DNA from: an uncultured Bacilli bacterium
GTDB taxonomy: Bacteria > Bacillota_I > Bacilli_A > RF39 > UBA660
DNA: 64,000 bases
Direction: 5' to 3'
NCBI GenBank assembly: GCA_934098395.1
Contig: CAKOOM010000003.1
Location: forward strand, 88,091 to 152,090
Shown here: piece after piece, positions 8,968 to 18,339 of the stretch
Layout of the letters: each line of letters begins with the position of its first letter
How positions within the stretch are numbered: the first letter of the stretch is position 1
Translations under genes and position numbers: made by a program
Notes under the pieces: generated by a model
Database searches by the model: none
What the model was told of the DNA's origin: nothing
What the model saw: only the letters and a program-made list of their open reading frames with translations

Positions 8968-9744
8968 ATGGAAGAAAAAAAGAAAAAAACATTATTAACA
9001 TTATTAATATTACTAGCCTTAATAATTCTCGTAGGAATTGGTGGATCTTTTGCATACTTTACCGCTAGCGTCAGCAGTGAAAAAGATGCCGTAAATGTAA
9101 AAGCTGCAGTATTTGAAATTGATCTCGAAGATGATATTTCACTAATTAAAGATAATATCATACCATCAGCAGAAAAATATGTAGATATTGCTAGTAAAAG
9201 ACAAGATGAAAATGGTAACTTTTTAAAACCAACTGTCGATACCGATGGTAAAACTATAACAAAAGGTACTGCTTGTATTGATGATAACCTAAATGAAATC
9301 TGTAGTATCTATACCTTTACCATTATAAACAAAATGACTGATTCCGATGTTCCATTATATATAACCCTTAACCCTAATGTTAATACTTTTAAAAACTTAT
9401 ATTTTAAAGTATTAGATCAAGATTTGAATGAGGTAATACCAGCAACTTTGTTGGTGGACGATCGTGAGTATACAACTGATAGTGAAGGTAACAAAATATA
9501 TGATGCTAATAGTAAAATATCTCCAATTGTTTTGAGTAATATCAATAAAACCTTAAATAGAGCTACTAGCTTAGATAATCCAAGTAAAGTAACATATTCC
9601 ATAGTTATGTGGATTATGGAAACAAATGAATTACAAAATGACTATGATGGTGGAAAAATCTTTGCCTCAACCCTAAATGTAAAAGCCAGTGGAGCCAATG
9701 GTCAAGGAATTACCGGTGTAATTTCTGCAACTGGTACCGAATAG
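8968..9744 (+). CDS. Secreted protein with a SipW-cognate class signal peptide, TasA/camelysin-like (paralog 3). I place the start at ATG 8968 (MEEKKKK...) rather than 8959
   Basis: The signal peptide ...LVGIGGSFAYFTAS. It shares blocks with paralog 1 (NTFKNLYF.VLD.D..EVIPAT, CIDDN.NE.C, V.WI.E, G.TGVI.A). ATG 8968 has better RBS spacing (AGGGA 9 nt upstream) than ATG 8959. Confidence 0.6.
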   Translation: MEEKKKKTLLTLLILLALIILVGIGGSFAYFTASVSSEKDAVNVKAAVFEIDLEDDISLIKDNIIPSAEKYVDIASKRQDENGNFLKPTVDTDGKTITKGTACIDDNLNEICSIYTFTIINKMTDSDVPLYITLNPNVNTFKNLYFKVLDQDLNEVIPATLLVDDREYTTDSEGNKIYDANSKISPIVLSNINKTLNRATSLDNPSKVTYSIVMWIMETNELQNDYDGGKIFASTLNVKASGANGQGITGVISATGTE

Positions 9745-9781
9745 TTATTGACAAAAATAAATATAGTGATATAATAAATCT

Positions 9782-9920
9782 AGTTTTCGGTTTATGGAGT
9801 GACAACATAAATATTAACGAAACTGACAATTTAATAATATAATCAAGAGCACGAAAGTGAAATAAGGTGGCACCGCGGTAATCCCGTCCTTATACCTTTA
9901 CTTTTCGTGCCTTTTTAATT
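9782..9920 (+). promoter_or_regulatory. T-box leader (tRNA-sensing riboswitch) upstream of aspS, with terminator stem 9849-9910
   Basis: A sigma-A-like promoter TTGACA-16-TATAAT lies at 9747-9775. The T-box consensus AATAAGGTGGCACCGCGG is at 9861-9878. GCACGAAAG (9849-9857) pairs with CTTTTCGTGC (9901-9910) and is followed by a T-run. A GAC codon in the candidate specifier region is consistent with Asp. Confidence 0.8.
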
Positions 9921-9937
9921 TAAAGGAGTGAAAAAAA

Positions 9938-11677
9938 ATGAAAGAAAATGCATATCGTAGTATCTACTGCGGTGAAGTAACCAAAGAATATGTTGGAAAA
10001 GAAGTAAGATTAGCTGGTTGGGTAAATTCAATTAGAAATCTCGGAGGATTGTTATTTATAACTCTAAGAGATGAAAGTGGAATAGTTCAATTAATATCTG
10101 AAGATGTTGATAAATATATTAATATTAATCGAGAGAGTACTGTCACTATCACTGGTGTAGTTCAAAAAAGAACAGATGATATGATTAATCCAAATATGAA
10201 AACTGGAGAAATTGAAGTATTAATTAAATCCCTTGAAGTCCTTGGTGAATGTCTAAATGTCCTACCATTTGAAATATCTAGATCAAAAGAATCTACCGAA
10301 GATACCAGATTAAAATATCGTTATCTTGACTTAAGAAACAGTGAAGTCCATAACAATATTCTCTTCAGAAGTCAAGTAATTGATTTTATAAGAACAACTA
10401 TGAAAAGTATGGATTTCGTAGAAATACAAACCCCTATAATCACCTCATCATCTCCTGAAGGAGCAAGAGACTTTATTGTTCCATCTAGAAAATTTAAAGG
10501 AAAATTTTATGCTCTACCACAAGCTCCACAAATATTTAAACAATTATTAATGGTTGGTGGATTTAATAAATATTTTCAAATAGCACCATGTTTCCGTGAT
10601 GAAGATCCAAGAAGTGATAGATTATATGGTGAATTTTATCAGCTAGACTTTGAAATGTCCTTTGCTGATGCTGAAGATGTCTATAAAGTAGGTCAAAAAG
10701 TTTTTTATGACATCTTTACAAAATTTGGTAACAAAGAAGTAAGTGAAGTTCCATTCAAAAGAATCCCTTATACTGAAGCAATTTTAAAATATGGTAGTGA
10801 TAAACCAGATTTAAGAAATCCATTAATTATCGAAGATATAACAGATATCTTATCAAAAACATCTTTTGAACCATTTAAAAACACTACCATCAGATGTATA
10901 AAAGTAGATTCAATAGATAAATCAAACTCTTGGTATAAACAAATGGAAGAATATGTTCGTACTATAAACGGGGTACTCGGATACATAAAAGTAACTGAAA
11001 ATATGACCTTTAAATCATCTTTAGATAAATTTATGACTGATGAAATAAGAAAAGAATTGATAGATAGATTATCCCTTTCTGAAGGTAATGTCGTATTCAT
11101 TATTGCTGATAAAGAAAAATGTGCTAAAATGATGGGACAATTAAGAATTAAACTAGGTAAAGAATTAGATTTAATTGATAAAAGTAAATATGCTTTTTGT
11201 ATTGTAAATGATTTCCCATTCTATGAACTAGATGAAGAAACTGGCAAAATAGAATTTTCTCACAATCCATTTTCTATGCCACAAGGTGGCTTGTCAGCAT
11301 TAAACGAACAAGCTCCTCTTGATATAAAAGCTTATCAATATGACTTCGTATGTAACGGTTATGAAATGGCCTCTGGTGGAGTAAGAAATCATAGCCCAGA
11401 AATATTAAGAAAAGCATTTGAAATTGCTGGTTATGATGAAGAAGTAGTTAAATCAAAATTCCCATCATTATATACAGCCTTTAATTATGGTGCTCCACCA
11501 CATGCTGGAATGGCTCCAGGAATTGATCGTATACTAATGCTTTTAAAAGATGAAGAAAATATCCGTGAAATGGTTGCATTCCCACTTGGTGCCAATGGTG
11601 CTGACTTGATGATGGGCTGTCCCGGAGAAGTATTTGAAAAACAATTACAAGAAGCCCATATAAAAATAAGAGATTAG
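9938..11677 (+). CDS. aspS: Aspartyl-tRNA synthetase
   Basis: 579 aa. The class II aaRS motifs FQLDFEMSF and GGVRNHSPE and the C-terminal GAPPHAGMAPGIDR are present, together with an N-terminal OB-fold. Confidence 0.9.
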   Translation: MKENAYRSIYCGEVTKEYVGKEVRLAGWVNSIRNLGGLLFITLRDESGIVQLISEDVDKYININRESTVTITGVVQKRTDDMINPNMKTGEIEVLIKSLEVLGECLNVLPFEISRSKESTEDTRLKYRYLDLRNSEVHNNILFRSQVIDFIRTTMKSMDFVEIQTPIITSSSPEGARDFIVPSRKFKGKFYALPQAPQIFKQLLMVGGFNKYFQIAPCFRDEDPRSDRLYGEFYQLDFEMSFADAEDVYKVGQKVFYDIFTKFGNKEVSEVPFKRIPYTEAILKYGSDKPDLRNPLIIEDITDILSKTSFEPFKNTTIRCIKVDSIDKSNSWYKQMEEYVRTINGVLGYIKVTENMTFKSSLDKFMTDEIRKELIDRLSLSEGNVVFIIADKEKCAKMMGQLRIKLGKELDLIDKSKYAFCIVNDFPFYELDEETGKIEFSHNPFSMPQGGLSALNEQAPLDIKAYQYDFVCNGYEMASGGVRNHSPEILRKAFEIAGYDEEVVKSKFPSLYTAFNYGAPPHAGMAPGIDRILMLLKDEENIREMVAFPLGANGADLMMGCPGEVFEKQLQEAHIKIRD

Positions 11678-11692
11678 TAAAGGAGTAGGGTT

Positions 11693-13147
11693 ATGGTTGA
11701 AAATAAAGATATAGCTATAATATTTAATCGAATAAAAGAAGAAAACGGTGATGAATTTTTTAAACCAGTCAAAGTAGTCGAAGGCTACTTTGATGAAGTA
11801 GAAGAATGGTTTATCGATAAATCAGGTAATACTCATAGTCATATTTGTGAATGTGTTACTAGTGGTAACGTATATGGTTGCCGTCAACAAATTTCATCAC
11901 TTATTGCTAAATACAAAAATAAAACCTTTGATGAAATAAAAAAAGAAATTCTTACATTTGCCAAAAAGTATATTTACTTAAGATCAGCAGATGATATGTT
12001 CAAAATATTAATGATTGATAAAACTACTAATGAAGAATTTATCTTTAAAGATATCGATGCCGAAGAAGTATATGAAAAATCAAACTATTATCAAGAACAG
12101 TTTGAGTCATCACAATCAACAACTAAAGAGTTATCACCATCTACAGATTATAAAGAATCCGTAAATATTAATTTAACGCCAAAAGAAATAGCAACTAAAG
12201 TCAAAGAGACTGTTAAAGGCCAAGATGAAATCATAGATACGCTTGTAACTACAATATATTTAAACAGAAAATATCCAAATCTAAGAAAAAACAATGTCCT
12301 TTTAATTGGTCCCACTGGTGTTGGAAAAACATATATTTGTGAAACTCTAGCTAAGATTTTAAATATTCCTATAATTATCTTTTCATCAGCTGGCTTGTCT
12401 CAAGCCGGATATGTTGGAAGAGGTACTGAAGAGATATTAGAACAAATCTTAATTGAATGTAACAAAAACCCTAAACTTGCTAAAAATGCTATTGTTATTT
12501 TAGACGAATTAGATAAATTAGCATACACCGACATTGAATCTGGTTCCGTATCAACCAAAGGTGTTCAAAATGAATTATTAAAAATAATCGAAGGTGACAA
12601 AAGAAGTATTCGAATTGGTGGCATCGGACAATACACTATTGACACTTCTAATATTATCTTTATTGGTACTGGAGCATTCTCTGAAATATATGAAAAGAAA
12701 CACGCTCCTAAAAAAGCATCTATTGGTTTCAATTCCACTACTATAGATGAAGAAACAAATAAAATAACTAATGATGATTTAGTTAAATACGGTCTTAAAA
12801 GAGAATTATTAGGACGTCTCCCAATCATTCTTGAATTAAATAATTTAACCAAAGAAAACCTAAAAGATATTATTATTAATTCTAAAGAAAGCGAATTAAA
12901 TAAAATTGTTAATCTCCTTGAAAGTCTTGGTGTTAACTGCAGTAATATAGATAAATTAATTGATATTATTGCAACTGATGCTCTTGAAAAAAAGATTGGC
13001 GCTAGAGGTTTAACTTCAACCATAAACAAAGTATTTATGGATATCTTTTATGACATTTTAAGTGATAATTCCGAAGATAGTGAACTAACAATTGGCTCTA
13101 ATATTTTAACTGACAAAAAAGATTATACTTTAACTAAACATAAATAA
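11693..13147 (+). CDS. ClpX-family AAA+ unfoldase with a non-canonical ~160-aa N-terminal domain that lacks the C4 zinc-binding domain
   Basis: Walker A LLIGPTGVGKT, pore-1 loop GYVG, Walker B ILDELDKLA, the block DTSNIIFIGTGAF, and an IGF loop (KKASIGFNST). Upstream of these, the N-terminus shows no homology to the ClpX zinc-binding domain (only HICECV..C). Confidence 0.7.
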   Translation: MVENKDIAIIFNRIKEENGDEFFKPVKVVEGYFDEVEEWFIDKSGNTHSHICECVTSGNVYGCRQQISSLIAKYKNKTFDEIKKEILTFAKKYIYLRSADDMFKILMIDKTTNEEFIFKDIDAEEVYEKSNYYQEQFESSQSTTKELSPSTDYKESVNINLTPKEIATKVKETVKGQDEIIDTLVTTIYLNRKYPNLRKNNVLLIGPTGVGKTYICETLAKILNIPIIIFSSAGLSQAGYVGRGTEEILEQILIECNKNPKLAKNAIVILDELDKLAYTDIESGSVSTKGVQNELLKIIEGDKRSIRIGGIGQYTIDTSNIIFIGTGAFSEIYEKKHAPKKASIGFNSTTIDEETNKITNDDLVKYGLKRELLGRLPIILELNNLTKENLKDIIINSKESELNKIVNLLESLGVNCSNIDKLIDIIATDALEKKIGARGLTSTINKVFMDIFYDILSDNSEDSELTIGSNILTDKKDYTLTKHK

Positions 13148-13165
13148 ATACAAGGTAGTGATTAT

Positions 13166-13930
13166 ATGAAAGAATTAAAAGATATTGAAAAATCCATTCA
13201 AAAAAAATATCGAAAAGAAATATTTTCTAAATTTATCAAAGCTGTTAAAGAATTTAACTTAATCGAAGAAAATGATAAAATAGCCGTATGTATTTCCGGA
13301 GGAAAAGATTCTTTTCTCTTAGCAAAATGTATGCAAGAATTAGTTAGACATAATAAATTTAATTATGAAGTAAAATATATTGTAATGGATCCAGGATATC
13401 AAAAGGATAAATTAGAACAAATAAAAGCAAATGCTAAACATTTAAATATCCCTATAGAAATATTTGAAACAAATATTTTTGATATCATCAAAGATACTGA
13501 AAGTCCTTGTTTCTTATGTGCTCGTATGCGCCGTGGATGCCTTTATTCTAAAGCCGAGGAATTAGGTTGTAACAAAATAGCTCTAGGTCATCATTTTAAT
13601 GATGTTATAGAAACCATTCTTCTAAACATGATATATAATGGGAAATTTTCTGGAATGCTACCAATCCTAAATAGTGATAACTATAAAAATATGCAACTAA
13701 TAAGACCATTATATTATATTAAAGAAAAAGATATTATTTCATGGGTTAAATATACTGAAATGAATTTTATAGATTGTGCTTGCAAAGTAACTAAAAAAAA
13801 TCTTGGTAAAAGAAAAGAAGTAAAAGCCTTATCATATCAATTAACTGATATGTACGAACATGCTGATACTAATATCTTAAATTCTATGTTTCATGTAAAT
13901 CCTAATACAACATTTACTGATAAATCGTAA
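13166..13930 (+). CDS. ttcA: PP-loop ATPase, TtcA-like tRNA 2-thiocytidine (s2C32) biosynthesis protein
   Basis: PP-loop SGGKDS and the Cys motifs CFLCARMRRGC and CAC, as in TtcA. Confidence 0.75.
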   Translation: MKELKDIEKSIQKKYRKEIFSKFIKAVKEFNLIEENDKIAVCISGGKDSFLLAKCMQELVRHNKFNYEVKYIVMDPGYQKDKLEQIKANAKHLNIPIEIFETNIFDIIKDTESPCFLCARMRRGCLYSKAEELGCNKIALGHHFNDVIETILLNMIYNGKFSGMLPILNSDNYKNMQLIRPLYYIKEKDIISWVKYTEMNFIDCACKVTKKNLGKRKEVKALSYQLTDMYEHADTNILNSMFHVNPNTTFTDKS

Positions 13931-13936
13931 TTACAA

Positions 13937-13970
13937 GTGCCTGACACATCAAAAGTCATGGCACTTTTTA
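13937..13970 (+). terminator. Putative terminator after ttcA (GTGCCTGAC...GTCATGGCAC plus a T-run)
   Basis: Imperfect hairpin followed by TTTTTA. Confidence 0.45.
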
Positions 13971-14057
13971 TTAATAATTTAAATTTTGTCAACAACAAGT
14001 TATAATATTTGACTAGCATAATTATATATGATAAACTTAAAATGAAGGTGATAAGTA

Positions 14058-15212
14058 ATGAAATTAAAAATCGGTGTAATATTCGGAGGAAAAAGTCTAG
14101 AACATGAAATGTCTATAATAACAGCACTTCAAGCTATGGATAATATTGATACTGATAAGTACGAAGTTATTCCTATATATATAACTAAAGATCTTGTGTG
14201 GTATTCATCTGGATGCTTGAGATATATTGATAGTTTTAATAATTTTAATTTAATTGAAAAATATGCCACTAAAGTAAATCTTATTAATAAAAAAGGAAGA
14301 TATATTCTTCAAACTGCTGGCCTAATTAAAAGAGAACTAACAGAATTACATTTAGTTATTCCAATGGTTCATGGTAAAGGTACTGAAGATGGTACAATTC
14401 AAGGATATCTTCAAATGGTAGGTATTCCATATGTATCTAATAACATTTACTCATCAGTAATATGTCAAGACAAAGTATTTACCAAACAACTATTAGAACA
14501 TAATGATATTCCTACTATCAAATATGTGTGGTTTTTCGATAACGAATATAATAAAAACAAAGAAGAATTATTCAAAAAAATAGATAAATTAGAATACCCT
14601 TTAATAATAAAACCAGCTACTCTTGGTTCTAGTATTGGAATTGTTTCAGTAAAAAGAAAAGAACAACTAGATACAGCCATTAATGAAGTCTTAAAATATG
14701 ATCGTAAAATAATCGTCGAAGAACAAATTGAAAATGTTTTGGAATATAATATCTCTATGTTAAAAACTAATGACAAATTATATATATCTTCCATCGAAGA
14801 AATAGAAACTAAACTTGAATATCGTGACTATGTTGATAAATGCAATTTAGAAAATTACCTAAACGGAAACATTGTTAGAACAACTCCTGCTAAAATATCC
14901 GAAAAAATGTCTGAAGAAATAATTGAATTAGGTAAAAAGACTATTAATTTCCTAAATAATACTGGTTTATCAAGAATTGATTTCTTATACGATAGTAAAA
15001 AGAAAAAATTATATGTTGATGAAATCAATAGTATTCCATCATGTTTCTCTCATCATTTATGGGAAGAAGCTAATATCTCATATAAAGAATTATTTACTAT
15101 CATGATTAATGATACTATAAAAAATATCAATAAAGACAGTGAAATGATAACTACTATGGATATGGATGTATTAAAAGACTTAAAAAATAGTGATATAAAG
15201 GAATTTAAATAA
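14058..15212 (+). CDS. ddl: D-alanine--D-alanine ligase (ATP-grasp)
   Basis: N-terminus KIGVIFGGKSLEHEMSI and ATP-grasp motifs. Confidence 0.75.
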   Translation: MKLKIGVIFGGKSLEHEMSIITALQAMDNIDTDKYEVIPIYITKDLVWYSSGCLRYIDSFNNFNLIEKYATKVNLINKKGRYILQTAGLIKRELTELHLVIPMVHGKGTEDGTIQGYLQMVGIPYVSNNIYSSVICQDKVFTKQLLEHNDIPTIKYVWFFDNEYNKNKEELFKKIDKLEYPLIIKPATLGSSIGIVSVKRKEQLDTAINEVLKYDRKIIVEEQIENVLEYNISMLKTNDKLYISSIEEIETKLEYRDYVDKCNLENYLNGNIVRTTPAKISEKMSEEIIELGKKTINFLNNTGLSRIDFLYDSKKKKLYVDEINSIPSCFSHHLWEEANISYKELFTIMINDTIKNINKDSEMITTMDMDVLKDLKNSDIKEFK

Positions 15213-15213
15213 T

Positions 15214-15768
15214 ATGTATGGTTATATTAAAGGTATAGTTAAAGAAATTGAAAGCAACTATATTGTTATTGATAACCATGATATTGGTTATATAATTTAT
15301 GTACCAAATCCATATTATTACCAAATAAATAATTCATATACCGTATATACATATACTCATATTCGCGAAGATGAATATTCTCTATATGGTTTTGCTAACC
15401 AAGAAGCCCTAAAACTATTTTTAAAATTAATTTCTGTAAAAGGATTAGGTCCTAAAATGGCTCTTCCTATGTTAGCAACTGGTTCACCAGATGGTATTAT
15501 TGATGCTATTGACCGAGAAAATATTTTATATCTTAAAAAATTCCCTAAGATTGGTGATAAGGTTGCAAGACAGATAATTCTTGATTTAAAAGGAAAACTA
15601 AATGGCAACCAAATAAGCCTATTAGATGTTAAAAACGATGAGTTAACAGATGCTCTCGTAGCATTAGGATATAAACAAGCAGATATTAAAAAAGTAATAA
15701 AGAATATTAATACCTCTCTTCCAATCGAAGAGCAAATCAAAGAAGCCTTTAAATTATTACTAAAGTGA
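15214..15768 (+). CDS. ruvA: Holliday junction DNA helicase subunit RuvA
   Basis: MYGYIKGIV... and the HhH motif KGLGPKMA. Confidence 0.9.
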   Translation: MYGYIKGIVKEIESNYIVIDNHDIGYIIYVPNPYYYQINNSYTVYTYTHIREDEYSLYGFANQEALKLFLKLISVKGLGPKMALPMLATGSPDGIIDAIDRENILYLKKFPKIGDKVARQIILDLKGKLNGNQISLLDVKNDELTDALVALGYKQADIKKVIKNINTSLPIEEQIKEAFKLLLK

Positions 15769-15777
15769 GGTGACTAT

Positions 15778-16356
15778 ATGAAAATTGGAATTGATATTGA
15801 TGATACCATTACTGATACTTGGAAAACTTTAATCCCAATTTATTCAAAAGTATTTAATAAAGATTTAAATTTACTATCAAAATCAGCCCCATATTATCGA
15901 AGTATTAAAGATTTAAATATTACTGTTGATGAGTACTTTAATATTATGAAACCATATTATAAAGATAATATATTAAATGTACCCATAAAACCATATGCTA
16001 AAGAAACCATAAATAAATTGTACGATGATGGTTACACAATTATCTTTATTACTGCTCGTGGTAAAATGTATGATAATCCCTATGAGATAACTAAAGAATA
16101 TCTTGACACATCTGGTATTAAATATCATAAACTAATAACTGGTGCTGAGAAAAAAGAAGAAGTCTGTATCAAAGAAAATATCAGTATATTTATTGACGAC
16201 AGTTTTAAACATTGTTCTGCTGTTGCCGCATCCGGTATTAAAGTCTTAATGCCAAGCACAATTTATAATAAAAAATATTTAGAGTTTCCTCATTTTACTT
16301 CTTGGCAAGAAGTACCAACATATATTAAAAACATAGAATTAGAAACAGGTGAATAA
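15778..16356 (+). CDS. HAD-superfamily hydrolase (possibly a 5'(3')-deoxyribonucleotidase-like enzyme) inserted between ruvA and ruvB
   Basis: HAD motif [10 protein letters not shown], and FITARG. Confidence 0.65.
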   Translation: MKIGIDIDDTITDTWKTLIPIYSKVFNKDLNLLSKSAPYYRSIKDLNITVDEYFNIMKPYYKDNILNVPIKPYAKETINKLYDDGYTIIFITARGKMYDNPYEITKEYLDTSGIKYHKLITGAEKKEEVCIKENISIFIDDSFKHCSAVAASGIKVLMPSTIYNKKYLEFPHFTSWQEVPTYIKNIELETGE

Positions 16357-16357
16357 C

Positions 16358-17359
16358 ATGGAAGGTAGTAGAATACTAACAAATGAATTACTTGACGAAG
16401 ATAGATACGATAACATTCGCCCCCAAACCTTAGATGAATACATTGGGCAAAGCGAAGTAAAAGAAAATATTAAAGTATTTATCAAGTCTGCCATTATGCG
16501 TGAGTCTCCTTTAGACCATGTTCTATTATATGGTCCTCCAGGATTAGGAAAAACAACCTTGGCATATATTATTGCTAATGAACTAGGAAGCAACATTAAA
16601 ACTGCATCAGGGCCATCAATTGAAAAAAGTGGTGATCTTGCTGCTATTTTATCAACCCTAGAACCCAATGACGTTTTATTTATTGATGAAATACATCGAA
16701 TTCCTAGATTTATCGAAGAAATCCTATATCCAGCAATGGAAGACTATTATCTAGATATTGTCATTGGTGGCGAAGGTTCCAGTAGGAACATAAAAATAGA
16801 ACTACCACATTTTACTCTAATCGGAGCTACAACTAGAGCAGGGGATTTATCAAGTCCATTAAGAGATAGATTTGGTATAATATCAAAACTAAATTATTAT
16901 ACCGAAGAAGAATTATATTTAATTATTAAAAGAACTTCTCGTGTTTTAAAAACTCCAATAACTGATGAAGCTGCTAACGAATTAGCTAAACGAAGTCGAG
17001 GAACCCCAAGAATAGCTAACCGTTTATTTAAAAGAGTCAGAGACTTCGCTCTCGTAAATGGCGAAGGCATAATTACTAATGATATATTAGATGATGCTCT
17101 AAATAGATTAAAAGTTGATAAAGTCGGATTAGATGAAACAGACTATAATCTATTATTGTCTATCATTGAAAAGTTTAATGGTGGACCCGTAGGACTTGAA
17201 GCCCTTGCATCATCTATTGGTGAAGAAGCATCTACCATCGAGGATGTCTATGAGCCATATCTATTACAAAATGGTTATCTAAAAAGAACATCTCGTGGTC
17301 GTATGGTCACTGATAAAACATATGATCACTTAGGTATAAAAAAGGATTCAACAAAATGA
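16358..17359 (+). CDS. ruvB: Holliday junction DNA helicase RuvB. I place the start at ATG 16358 rather than 16349, which is a GTG
   Basis: Walker [10 protein letters not shown] and the RuvB C-terminal winged helix. Confidence 0.92.
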   Translation: MEGSRILTNELLDEDRYDNIRPQTLDEYIGQSEVKENIKVFIKSAIMRESPLDHVLLYGPPGLGKTTLAYIIANELGSNIKTASGPSIEKSGDLAAILSTLEPNDVLFIDEIHRIPRFIEEILYPAMEDYYLDIVIGGEGSSRNIKIELPHFTLIGATTRAGDLSSPLRDRFGIISKLNYYTEEELYLIIKRTSRVLKTPITDEAANELAKRSRGTPRIANRLFKRVRDFALVNGEGIITNDILDDALNRLKVDKVGLDETDYNLLLSIIEKFNGGPVGLEALASSIGEEASTIEDVYEPYLLQNGYLKRTSRGRMVTDKTYDHLGIKKDSTK

Positions 17360-17371
17360 TGTTGAATCCTT

Positions 17372-18001
17372 TTAAAATTTTCTATACAAACCAATAGCTT
17401 TTCCTAAAATAGTAACATTTTTTAAAATAATTGGTTCCATATAATCATTTTCTGGCTGTAATCTAAAATAGCCATTTTCCTTATAAAAAGTTTTCAAAGT
17501 AACTTCATTATCGTCATTCATTGCCACAACCATATCGCCATTTCTAGCACTGTCGCATCTCTCAACAATAACTATATCATTAGAAAATATCCCCTTATTA
17601 ATCATACTCTCACCATCAACTTTCAAAGTAAATACTTCCTTTTTACTAGGTATCAAATAAGCGGGTAGTGAGAAAAATTCATTAGGTACCTCAATAGCCT
17701 CAATCGGAGAACCAGCTGTAACCTTTCCTAAAAGCGGAACATTAACAACATCCTCACCCCTTGTTTCATACTCATTAGGTACTAATAGTTCTAATGCTTT
17801 ATTTCCTTCCTTACTTCTCTTTATATATCCCTTATCAACTAAATGATTAATATGTACATGAACCGTAGCTGGTGAAGACAAATTAATTGCACTACATATT
17901 TGTCTAATTGAAGGAGGGTACTTATTATCTGCATGAAATTGTTTAATAAATTCTAAAACTTCTTTTTGTTTCTTCGTTAATCCATCAGTTTTCTGTCTCA
18001 T
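17372..18001 (-). CDS. lexA: LexA repressor (SOS regulator)
   Basis: An N-terminal winged HTH plus the S24 peptidase motifs GESM and K at the catalytic positions. Confidence 0.9.
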   Translation of the reverse strand: MRQKTDGLTKKQKEVLEFIKQFHADNKYPPSIRQICSAINLSSPATVHVHINHLVDKGYIKRSKEGNKALELLVPNEYETRGEDVVNVPLLGKVTAGSPIEAIEVPNEFFSLPAYLIPSKKEVFTLKVDGESMINKGIFSNDIVIVERCDSARNGDMVVAMNDDNEVTLKTFYKENGYFRLQPENDYMEPIILKNVTILGKAIGLYRKF

Positions 18002-18048
18002 CGATTACTCCTTTCATTATCATAATAACATAAACGATTTAAAAAGTC

Positions 18049-18117
18049 AAACAGATGTTTAATCATTAAAAAGAAAAGTATTAATTTACACAAAATGTAA
18101 AATACAAACATTTGTTT
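18049..18117. promoter_or_regulatory. Two AAAC-N4-GTTT palindromes (CAAACAGATGTTTA at 18048-18061 and CAAACATTTGTTTA at 18105-18118), plus a GAACATTTATCA half-site, in the lexA divergent intergenic region. They are candidate SOS boxes
   Basis: They resemble the Gram-positive Cheo box GAAC-N4-GTTC. They sit 48-140 bp upstream of lexA and next to the -35 of the divergent small ORF. Confidence 0.3.
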
Positions 18118-18189
18118 ATAAAAATGAACATTTATCATTGACACAAACACTTGTATGTAATAAAATATAATCAAGAAAGGGTGATACTA

Positions 18190-18330
18190 ATGAAATTTTT
18201 AAAAAATAACAAAGGAGTAATATTATTTTATATGGTTATCTTAGTATCTTCTTTAGTTATCATCTCAGATGTTGAAAAAGATAATCTTCGTGAAGAAAAA
18301 AGATACGTTATGACCACTTATTCCAATTAA
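18190..18330 (+). CDS. Small membrane protein (46 aa, one TM helix) divergent from lexA. It is a candidate SOS-induced cell-division inhibitor analogous to YneA/SosA
   Basis: RBS AAAGGGTGA, a promoter TTGACA-17-TAAAAT at 18138-18166, and one TM helix (VILFYMVILVSSLVIIS). It was not in the ORF track because it is too short. Confidence 0.4.
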   Translation: MKFLKNNKGVILFYMVILVSSLVIISDVEKDNLREEKRYVMTTYSN

Positions 18331-18339
18331 AAATACATA

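Noticed and set aside
9840-9910. GC-rich patches at 9840-9910 and 23990-24045 as possible tRNA genes.
   Set aside because: They contain the T-box consensus (AGGTGG.ACCGCG) and terminator stems, not cloverleaf arms. No tRNA, rRNA, tmRNA or RNase P RNA signatures are seen in the window.
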